This document shows positions 1 through 6,599 of a DNA stretch of 33,776 bases, one piece after another. This DNA is from a candidate division WOR-3 bacterium (GTDB lineage: Bacteria > Hydrothermota > Tepidihabitantia > SM23-42): contig JBBIHN010000001.1 of the NCBI GenBank assembly GCA_037446995.1, forward strand, positions 1-33,776. The letters are read 5' to 3'. Every line of letters starts with the position of its first letter. The first letter of the stretch is position 1. A model generated the notes under the pieces. It searched no databases. It worked only from the letters and a program-made list of their open reading frames with translations, and had not been told where the DNA came from. The translations under genes were made by a program, and so were the position numbers.

Positions 1-327
1 CTAACTTTTTGTATAAAGATGCTTTTGAATATGCCATCAAGAAAACTAAAAAATTGCAAATTTAAGCATTTTTCACGCAGGATTTAAGTTTAATACTAAT
101 ATCTTATAATATTAGTAACTATACCCATAATTTAAGATTTGTCAAGGGGTATGTGCGATTTTTAACAGGTAAGGATGATTATAAAAATGGTATCCTGATT
201 TTCATCAGGACAAGCTTTGGGTATTGCCAATTGTTTAATTATGATAATAATATATCATAAGAATTTAAAGGATTTTAGGATAGCTAAACTGTTACCGAAC
301 GGGAAAACCGCAGTTAAGTAGGTAGAA

Positions 328-1809
328 ATGATATTCACGAAACAAACATTGTTAATCATCGAGTTAGCAATTTCACTACGTTCTTCTATTGCTAATGGCG
401 ATGATAAAATTTGGTTTTTGGAAGGTGAAGAACTACAAATCAGAATGGACACCAAGGCGGTAATCGCTTGTTCGGCCCAGGTAGCATTTGGGATCCAGTC
501 TTATTATTCCTGGAGTGAAGCCTGGGGTGGTGGTTATTGGATAATAAGGACCAGCAGCTATGCTGAATTTTGTTTTGATCCTTATTGGACTGCGGATTAC
601 CCTAAGCCATATGCTTCTGGCACACTCATATTTTATTCCGTTTACTATGGCCGAGCAGACACGATTAAAATCGTCATGGTGCCTGCGGGAAAGCCTTATA
701 GTGATGGTGCGCAATGCGTGATGGTAGCCGATCCGGTTTTGCCTCAAACCGGGAATTTTCTAAATAGCCAATTTGGCGAAACCGACATTTTATTACCCTC
801 ACGCGGGCTAAATATCGAGTTTAAGCGAATTTATGCAAGCCAGGAAAGAGAAAATCCTGATACCTTAGGTAACTATGCCTGGATGCGACCTATCGGATCA
901 GGCTGGACACATTCTTATAATATTTCCTTAAAGGTAATCAATGACTACTATAATTCTCCCTACGATTGGTCCGTACTTCTCTATGATCACGACGGTAATG
1001 AAAAACTATTGTCTTGGACTGGTAGTGTTTATACTTCAGAAAAGGGTGAGCATCTTTTGTTACAAAGAACCGGCGCCTCACCCAATTTCCAATGGATTCT
1101 ATCCCGGGGCGACGGTTCTAAATGGTATTTCAGACAACGCTCGACACTGATTGGACGATTAGATAGCATCATTGATGCGAATGGTAACAAAATCACTTTA
1201 ACCTACACCGGCAACAACCTGACAAAAATAAAGGAACCGCTGGGCCGCGAAATAAATATTACATACTATCCAGGGAGTTCGTTAATAAAAAGGGTTTACG
1301 AACCACCGAATATGACCGATGGACTATATTGCGAATATTTTTACAAGAAAAACGGTGCTACCTATGATTTAACAAGGGTCGTAAGACACAATCCGGGAAC
1401 CAATGATTCAACCACGCTCAGTCGCTATTTCTACAATAATAAACATAATCTTCATACTTATATCTTTCCCACGGGGGAATACAATGAAAATAACGACACC
1501 TCTTGGCATTATAAAAAAGGTGATCGGGTGAATTGTTGGTATGATGACAAGAACCGGTGTATCTATCAAGAGGTCGTGCAGGCTGATGGCGATACTCTGT
1601 TGACCAATGACAGAGTCGTCTATCGGGCGCGCATGCAATATTTCATTAATGTTACTACTGGTTATCCAGATAGCACGAGAATATACTATTACGAAGATAC
1701 TACATACACTGGTGCTTTGAACCCTTTGACCGATCCTGCGCCAACACCACCAACATCAAATCATATTCGCAAAACGATTAGATTTAGTCAAAATGGAACC
1801 GTGGTCTGA
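328..1809 (+). CDS. Rhs/YD-repeat polymorphic-toxin protein, fragment 1 of 3 (unassigned N-terminal region plus first YD repeats); ends at an in-frame TGA
   Basis: 493-aa ORF. After about 135 unassigned residues comes DPVLPQTGNFLNSQFGETDILLPSRGLNIEFKRIYAS, the usual start of an Rhs repeat shell, then YD-type repeats (DANGNKITLTYTGNNLTKIKEPLGREINITYY). The stop TGA at 1807-1809 is in the same frame (position mod 3 = 1) as the next ORF, and the 11 codons between them are open. Confidence 0.8.
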   Translation: MIFTKQTLLIIELAISLRSSIANGDDKIWFLEGEELQIRMDTKAVIACSAQVAFGIQSYYSWSEAWGGGYWIIRTSSYAEFCFDPYWTADYPKPYASGTLIFYSVYYGRADTIKIVMVPAGKPYSDGAQCVMVADPVLPQTGNFLNSQFGETDILLPSRGLNIEFKRIYASQERENPDTLGNYAWMRPIGSGWTHSYNISLKVINDYYNSPYDWSVLLYDHDGNEKLLSWTGSVYTSEKGEHLLLQRTGASPNFQWILSRGDGSKWYFRQRSTLIGRLDSIIDANGNKITLTYTGNNLTKIKEPLGREINITYYPGSSLIKRVYEPPNMTDGLYCEYFYKKNGATYDLTRVVRHNPGTNDSTTLSRYFYNNKHNLHTYIFPTGEYNENNDTSWHYKKGDRVNCWYDDKNRCIYQEVVQADGDTLLTNDRVVYRARMQYFINVTTGYPDSTRIYYYEDTTYTGALNPLTDPAPTPPTSNHIRKTIRFSQNGTVV

Positions 1810-1842
1810 AAAAAGATTCATCAGAGCCCGAGCGGATTATCC

Positions 1843-2958
1843 ATGACTACCACTTATGGTACATACGACGCAGACTTTAATCCGGCCTCAATAACCGACC
1901 CGGATAATAAGACCACTTATTATACTTATCATTCCTACACCGATGCTAATGGCGGAACCAGATATCTCAATCGTCCTAAAAAGATCAAATATGCAAACGG
2001 GGATAGTCTTTTGTATTACTATTCGCCATACGCCAGTAATGCCCGCTTCTTTTTGGTTGATTCGTCCCGCGATGAATTGAATCGTAAGACCAACTATTTC
2101 TATAATACCCAAGGTAATCTTGATTCCACCCAGTATTACCAGAGAATTTTGGCGGATGGTGGTGCCGGTACGCCCCAGAATGTCAATACGAAATTTACCC
2201 ATAATATTAAAGGTAATCTCACCGAAGTCCGAGACCCGGAATTACACAGGAACTATTTTCATTACATACCCAACGACACCGGTGCTTATCTGACTGAATC
2301 CCGAATTGACATTGGCAACAACGGCGAAGACAATCAAGATCTGGTTACCCAGTATCGTTTTAACGCAAATCGTGGTACCTTAGATACGCTCATCTATTAT
2401 CACGATTTTCCGGCTAACCCCATAAAAGTGAATTATTACTACGACCTCTTAGCCCGGCTTTATAAGATCGCCTATCCAGATAACACTAACGAAGAATATG
2501 TCTATGATAAAAGGGGCAATTTTTTGGAGAAGAAGATTACGAAGACCGGCACCGCTTACTATAAAATTCAGTACGAATACGATGCCCGTAACCATCTGAA
2601 AAAGGTGAAAGAGTTCAAAGATCTTGTGAACTATCCCACAACTTATGACAGCACCTTATATGTTTATAACCTCAATGATGGATTGACCGAGTTTTCCAAT
2701 GCCAATGATGGTGCAACCAATACGACAATTCTCTATGACTATGTTGCGAACCGACTCTACCGCACTCGGTATGCAGATAATAATAAAGATAGTCTTGGTT
2801 ATTATTTTTCTGGTTATCTAAAATTCAAGAAGGATCGCAGGGGTGAAGTAATTGAATACAAATACGATGACCGCTGGCGTTTGACCAAGAAACGGTATTT
2901 TGACGACTGGACAAGTTATCCAAATAGTCCGACCGATTCAGTGGTTTTTCTGGCTTGA
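1843..2958 (+). CDS. Rhs/YD-repeat protein, fragment 2 of 3 (central YD repeats)
   Basis: 371-aa ORF full of YD repeats (YGTYDADFNPASITDPDNKTTYYTY, YFYNTQGNLDST, YVYDKRGNFLEK, YEYDARNHLKKV, YKYDDRWRLTKK). It shares a frame with 328..1809. It overlaps the next fragment, which lies in the +1 frame. Confidence 0.8.
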   Translation: MTTTYGTYDADFNPASITDPDNKTTYYTYHSYTDANGGTRYLNRPKKIKYANGDSLLYYYSPYASNARFFLVDSSRDELNRKTNYFYNTQGNLDSTQYYQRILADGGAGTPQNVNTKFTHNIKGNLTEVRDPELHRNYFHYIPNDTGAYLTESRIDIGNNGEDNQDLVTQYRFNANRGTLDTLIYYHDFPANPIKVNYYYDLLARLYKIAYPDNTNEEYVYDKRGNFLEKKITKTGTAYYKIQYEYDARNHLKKVKEFKDLVNYPTTYDSTLYVYNLNDGLTEFSNANDGATNTTILYDYVANRLYRTRYADNNKDSLGYYFSGYLKFKKDRRGEVIEYKYDDRWRLTKKRYFDDWTSYPNSPTDSVVFLA

Positions 2959-4714
2959 TAAGGTCGGTAATCTCGATTCCCTGCTTGAGAAAAATGGTAA
3001 AATCAAATATGATTATGATGGATTAGACAGGTTGTTTGAACTCAATGCCTTTAATTCAAGGATGGTCAAGTATCTATATGATAAGGTCTCAAATCGTAAG
3101 AAGATGAAGGTCTGTAAGGCAACAGACACGACCACTATATATCTTGAGCAAACCTATCCATCTTATGACGAGGGCAATCGTTTATTAATAACGATTGTTT
3201 CACCGGATACTTTCAACTTTGCTTACTGGGATCCTGGTCCAATAAAAGAGATTGAATATCCATACGACTTGAAAGAGCAGTATTGGTTAACCAATCGGAA
3301 TTTCATTGATTCCATGCGCACCTATAACCCAGCAACACCACCAGCAAGACCAACTGTTCTGTTCAGATTTGCCTATCGTTATAATGCCCTAACTGACCGT
3401 GATAGTATGGCTATAAAGATCACACGGCCTTTGACTGCTCCACTTACCGGCACGATAAGATATTCGCATGACAACCTGAGACGGCTAAGGGATTCAAAGT
3501 CTTACTTTTCAGGCATTGAGAGCATCAATTATACCTATGACCCGGTGGGTAATCGTAAGACAAGAATTAAGGGTGGTACAACGACCAAGTGTACTTATGA
3601 CATTCAAAATAATCGTCTTATGCAGACAGAAGATCCAATCCTCCACACCTATCACTATGATGCAAGTGGCAATATCACCTTTATGGATTCGACATCAAGG
3701 AGTTATCGCCGCTACTACTGGGATTATGAGAATCGTTTGGTTGCGGCCAAGACCTGGGCAATTGAGCCGGGGGATAGTGCTTATCATGTATATTGTGCAT
3801 TAGGTAAACGAATTGCCAAATTTTTCTGGGACAATTCAGCAAGCATTACTGATACCACAAGCTACTGTTACGATGGTATGTTCGTGATTTGTGAGTTTGG
3901 TGGGCATGATAATCTCAAGAATAAATATGTTTATGCAAATGGTTTATTGCTTGAAAAAATTGATTCGCTGGGCAATAAGTATTTTTATCATCACGATGCC
4001 CTGGGTTCGACAATGGGATTGACCGATGTTAACAAGAATGTTGTCCAATCCTATTTCTATGATGATTTTGGTAATTTGAGTGGTAGTTGGGGAACAGTGG
4101 CAAATAACTACCTTTACACCGGGCAGGAATACGACAGTTCGCCGTTGTGGTTGTATAATCTAAGAGCAAGGTATTATGCCACGGACATCGGTAGGTTTAT
4201 TAGTGAGGATCCGGAGATTGGGTTTATCTACATGCCGCAACAACGCAACTTATATCCTTATGTTTGGAATATGCCTATCACCTTTACGGATCCGCTTGGA
4301 TTGTTTACCGGCTGTAAAGTAATCACAAAATATCCTGTTAAAACCGAGAACGGTTTGGTAAGTGAGGAGGAAAAGACACATTGGTGGGAGTTTCGACGAG
4401 CTTATACCACAGGATTTAATCAATATCTCCCTATTCCTTTCTTTTGGGTACACTGTGAGTGGTCAAGAATGGCCGAAATAACCAGAATTTACCGGGAATT
4501 GACTATTTGGTCATATGTTCTGAAATGTTGGGAAGAATGTAATCCTCCGGTTGTTAAGGTTTACGATGTCGTAATTCTCGGTCCATTAAGCACAGAAATT
4601 TTGCGGCGACTTAGCGAAGCAGAAAAAGTACTCGGTCCTTATAATATCATTTCCGAATCACCAGCATTTAAACTCAAATGGGAGATCATATGTTTAGAAG
4701 CTGGTCCACCTTAA
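2900..4714 (+). CDS. Rhs/YD-repeat protein, fragment 3 of 3: last YD repeats, Rhs core end (DPLGL) and a variable C-terminal toxin domain
   Basis: 604-aa ORF (TTG start in the track; the frame is open from 2885). It has YD repeats (YTYDPVGNRKTR, YHYDASGNITF) and the conserved Rhs core end: YFYHHDALGSTMGLTD ... YLYTGQEYD ... YNLRARYYATDIGRFISEDP ... PYVWNMPITFTDPLGL. Confidence 0.85.
   Translation: MTTGQVIQIVRPIQWFFWLDKVGNLDSLLEKNGKIKYDYDGLDRLFELNAFNSRMVKYLYDKVSNRKKMKVCKATDTTTIYLEQTYPSYDEGNRLLITIVSPDTFNFAYWDPGPIKEIEYPYDLKEQYWLTNRNFIDSMRTYNPATPPARPTVLFRFAYRYNALTDRDSMAIKITRPLTAPLTGTIRYSHDNLRRLRDSKSYFSGIESINYTYDPVGNRKTRIKGGTTTKCTYDIQNNRLMQTEDPILHTYHYDASGNITFMDSTSRSYRRYYWDYENRLVAAKTWAIEPGDSAYHVYCALGKRIAKFFWDNSASITDTTSYCYDGMFVICEFGGHDNLKNKYVYANGLLLEKIDSLGNKYFYHHDALGSTMGLTDVNKNVVQSYFYDDFGNLSGSWGTVANNYLYTGQEYDSSPLWLYNLRARYYATDIGRFISEDPEIGFIYMPQQRNLYPYVWNMPITFTDPLGLFTGCKVITKYPVKTENGLVSEEEKTHWWEFRRAYTTGFNQYLPIPFFWVHCEWSRMAEITRIYRELTIWSYVLKCWEECNPPVVKVYDVVILGPLSTEILRRLSEAEKVLGPYNIISESPAFKLKWEIICLEAGPP
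4304..4711 (+). other. Variable C-terminal (putative toxin) domain of the Rhs protein, 136 aa, family not recognised
   Basis: This is the sequence immediately after the DPLGL codons (4289-4303): FTGCKVITKYPVKTENGLVSEEEKTHWWEF...VHCEWSRMAEITRIYRELTIWSYVLKCWEEC...LEAGPP. In Rhs proteins the segment after PxxxxDPxGL is the cleaved toxin. I see no motif of a known toxin family. Confidence 0.6.
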
Positions 4715-5262
4715 TAATTAAGCTGGTTACTATAGCATATATTCGCTGGATTGTTTCATTAAGCATTATAGTTTCATTGAATACTGGATGTCAAAAGTGC
4801 GTATGGACGGCATATTACTATGATAGTCTCAGATTAGATTTGCTATTTGATCCACATCAACGGCTTGTAGAATTTGCATTATTAAAACCCCATAATCTAA
4901 TAGAGATTAAAGGAGACATACAGAAATTCGATAGCTTAGTTGTACCTGGACTTGGCGCACTTGGGTTGACATTCAATATATCTTTAGAACAAGCTAAAAA
5001 ATTACTGGGTTTGCCCAAGGAATATAGCTATCTTAATCTTGATACATGTGTAATTACAATGGCAAGTTGGAAAATTGGTAATTCAGATCATATCGATCTT
5101 TATTTCAAAAATGATTCTCTAGAAAGAATAAAAAGTAATACAAAGAGGGCGAAATTACCTAAAGATATTTTCGTCGGTACTCCAATGAAGACTGTAATTT
5201 TACTCTATGGAAAACCTTCTCTAATTTCTTCAACAAAAGAGCCACCAGTCGGCGTCGAATGA
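4678..5262 (+). CDS. Candidate cognate immunity protein; hydrophobic N-terminus suggests a membrane-anchored or lipoprotein-like product
   Basis: 194-aa ORF that overlaps the rhs stop by 37 nt. An alternative ATG at 4690 has GGAG at 4681-4684 five nt upstream and would overlap by 25 nt. The N-terminus reads STLIIKLVTIAYIRWIVSLSIIVSLNTGC. Its position directly 3' of a polymorphic toxin is the classical immunity slot. It is as AT-rich as the rhs gene. Confidence 0.55.
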   Translation: MGDHMFRSWSTLIIKLVTIAYIRWIVSLSIIVSLNTGCQKCVWTAYYYDSLRLDLLFDPHQRLVEFALLKPHNLIEIKGDIQKFDSLVVPGLGALGLTFNISLEQAKKLLGLPKEYSYLNLDTCVITMASWKIGNSDHIDLYFKNDSLERIKSNTKRAKLPKDIFVGTPMKTVILLYGKPSLISSTKEPPVGVE

Positions 5263-5407
5263 ACTGAAATATTTTTAATTTCTCGTAAATGTGATTTTGA
5301 GATAGAAGGTTTTATAGGAGACACTGTTCTGCTTCAGATGAATCTTGACAAACGGTCATATGGGAATAAGGTGGAAGAAAGGAGTCAGAAATGGATGAGA
5401 AGCGGCG

Positions 5408-6307
5408 GTGTTTCAGCTTGGTGTGAGTGCGGGTAAGTTTTACGATTGGTACCGGCGGTATGGGTATTCGAATCAGCGGAACCGGCAGGTGCCCAGGATC
5501 CATTGGCTTTTGTCCTGGGAGCGGGCGGCGATTGAAGACTATTATCGGCAACACGAGCATGAACGCGAGGGTTATCGCCGGTTGTGTTATCGGATGATTG
5601 ATGAGGATGTGGTGTATGCGAGTCCATCATCAGTGTATCGGGTATTGAAAGCGGCACATCTTCTGAGCCGATTCAAGCCGGGCAAAGAAAGCGCCCGCGG
5701 TGATGGTTATGATCAGCCGACCCGGCCGCATCAGCAGAGGCATATTGATATATCCTACGTCAACGTGCGAGGCAGTTTTCTTTTTCTTATTGCGATTATT
5801 GACGGTTATTCCCGCTATATTGTGGCCTATGATTTGCGGGCAAGCATGGAGGCGACGTATGTCGGGATCGTGTTGCAGCGGGCGCGCGAGCGGTTTCCCA
5901 ATGAGCATGCCCAGGTAATCTCGGATCATGGCCGTCAGTTCATCTCCAAAGAATTCAACAGTTACATCCGGAATATTGGGTTTAGCCATACCTTGATCAC
6001 GGTTGGATATCCTGAAAGCAACGGCAAAATAGAACGTTTTTTTGGGACCGCAAAAAGAGAATGCATTCGACGGAACAGTTTTCTTTCGATCCGCGATGCC
6101 CGAAAGATCATTGATCGGTTCATTGAGCACTATAACAATAAAAGGCTGCACAGTGCGATTGGCTATGTGGCACCATTGGATATATTATTGGGTCGTAGGG
6201 AAGAAATCTTAAAAGATCGTGATGAAAAACTGAGAAAAGCCCGTGAAGAAAGGATCAAATCTTATAATCAAAATTCCACCTTATTGCATGAGGCCAAAGT
6301 GTCATGA
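5408..6307 (+). CDS. DDE (rve, integrase-core) transposase, IS3/IS481-like; possibly frameshifted at its extreme 5' end
   Basis: 299-aa ORF. It starts with an HTH remnant (LGVSAGKFYDWYRRYG). A D-D-E triad is recognisable: HIDISYV ... VISDHGRQF ... PESNGKIERFF. The tail reads YNNKRLHSAIGYVAP. The track start is a GTG without a Shine-Dalgarno. A good GGAG (5381-5384) plus ATG (5391) lies in another frame and runs only 11 codons (MDEKRRCFSLV). Confidence 0.85.
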   Translation: MFQLGVSAGKFYDWYRRYGYSNQRNRQVPRIHWLLSWERAAIEDYYRQHEHEREGYRRLCYRMIDEDVVYASPSSVYRVLKAAHLLSRFKPGKESARGDGYDQPTRPHQQRHIDISYVNVRGSFLFLIAIIDGYSRYIVAYDLRASMEATYVGIVLQRARERFPNEHAQVISDHGRQFISKEFNSYIRNIGFSHTLITVGYPESNGKIERFFGTAKRECIRRNSFLSIRDARKIIDRFIEHYNNKRLHSAIGYVAPLDILLGRREEILKDRDEKLRKAREERIKSYNQNSTLLHEAKVS

Positions 6308-6327
6308 TTCCGCTGAACCAAGACATG

Positions 6328-6424
6328 TTGTCATTGCGAGCCGCCGCTGCGTTTGGCGGTGAAGCAATCTCAGATTTGCTCGCAAAATAAAGAGATTGCC
6401 GCGCCCTTCTGGCTCGCAATGACA
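6328..6424. repeat. Nested inverted-repeat (hairpin-forming) element downstream of the transposase
   Basis: The outer arms are a perfect 14-bp repeat: TGTCATTGCGAGCC (6329-6342) and GGCTCGCAATGACA (6411-6424). The inner arms are 8 bp: GCAATCTC (6364-6371) and GAGATTGC (6392-6399). There is also a CCGCC...GGCGG mini-hairpin at 6341-6359 and a third GCTCGCAA copy at 6378-6385. Confidence 0.6.
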
Positions 6425-6485
6425 GGCGAGGATACTTTTCCCGAGGCCTCGATTACGGAGATGCGAAAAAGATTTCATCTCCCCC

Positions 6486-6513
6486 TTGACAAATATCCGA
6501 TTGCGCATATAAT
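6486..6513 (+). promoter_or_regulatory. Sigma-70-type promoter of the nrdR-nrdD operon
   Basis: TTGACA (6486-6491), a 16-nt spacer, then TATAAT (6508-6513), about 87 nt upstream of the nrdR ATG. Confidence 0.5.
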
Positions 6514-6522
6514 TATATAGTG

Positions 6523-6538
6523 ACGCTATATATAGTGC
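6523..6538 (+). promoter_or_regulatory. NrdR box (operator)
   Basis: ACGCTATATATAGTGC is a 16-bp palindrome that matches the published NrdR-box consensus acaCwAtATaTwGtgt at about 14/16 positions. It lies just downstream of the -10 element. The half-site TATATAGTG also occurs 15 nt upstream (6514-6522). Confidence 0.55.
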
Positions 6539-6599
6539 ATTTTAGAGCATACGAACTAACTATAAGTGACTGTTCGATGGTCAGCCCGGGCGGCGCGGC

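Larger units (their letters stand above)
5265..6477 (+). mobile_element. Candidate insertion sequence (rve/DDE transposase, IS3/IS481-like) with tentative imperfect terminal inverted repeats
   Basis: The left end is TGAAATATTTTTAATTTCTCGTAAATG (5265-5291). The reverse complement of the right end (6450-6477) is TGAAATCTTTTTCGCATCTCCGTAATCG. The first 12 nt match 11/12 and roughly 19 positions match overall with one indel. The ends are TG...CA, as in IS3-type elements. The 1213-bp span fits a single-ORF IS. I found no flanking target-site duplication, so the boundaries are tentative. Confidence 0.35.

Noticed and set aside
94-210. AT-rich palindromes upstream of rhs: TACTAATAT-6-ATATTAGTA at 94-117 and TCCTGAT-TTTC-ATCAGGA at 193-210.
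   Set aside because: They are short stems in very AT-rich DNA with no U-tract and no recognisable operator consensus. I cannot separate them from chance.
1807-1809. The in-frame TGA in rhs as evidence for a recoded genetic code (TGA = Trp or Gly) or selenocysteine.
   Set aside because: TGA terminates well-defined genes in the same window, namely nrdR at 7074-7076 and the transposase at 6305-6307. The rhs fragments encode Trp with TGG many times. Only one in-frame TGA occurs in about 1,460 codons. I see no SECIS-like context to support selenocysteine. A TGG-to-TGA nonsense change or a sequencing error is simpler.
433-4453. Alternate-frame and antisense ORFs inside the rhs fragments (433..747 -, 941..1150 +, 1408..1638 -, 1888..2202 -, 3516..3803 +, 4250..4453 -).
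   Set aside because: All are fully nested in the YD-repeat reading frames, which carry clear family motifs. Their translations are low-complexity or motif-free and none has a plausible RBS.
4451-4540. HCE ... (22 aa) ... CWEEC in the Rhs C-terminal domain as a nucleotide deaminase signature (HxE ... PCxxC).
   Set aside because: The second motif is Cx3C rather than PCxxC. It is followed immediately by NPP, leaving no room for the zinc-binding helix. The resemblance may be chance. I keep it only as something a structure prediction could test.
5312-6151. ORFs 5312..5560 -, 5385..5657 -, 5630..6151 - and 5700..5918 + overlapping the transposase.
   Set aside because: They are shadow ORFs of the rve transposase frame, which has an unambiguous DDE signature. 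None shows motifs of its own.
6302-6508. 68-aa minus-strand ORF spanning the hairpin element.
   Set aside because: It is made up almost entirely of the nested inverted repeat and the nrdR promoter region. Its translation (…ACHCEPEGRGNL…) is what this repeat gives when translated. It has no RBS.
6554-6569. A second NrdR box about 31 bp downstream of the strong one.
   Set aside because: Only about 7/16 positions match, essentially just the GTG half-site. The spacing is right but the match is too weak to call.
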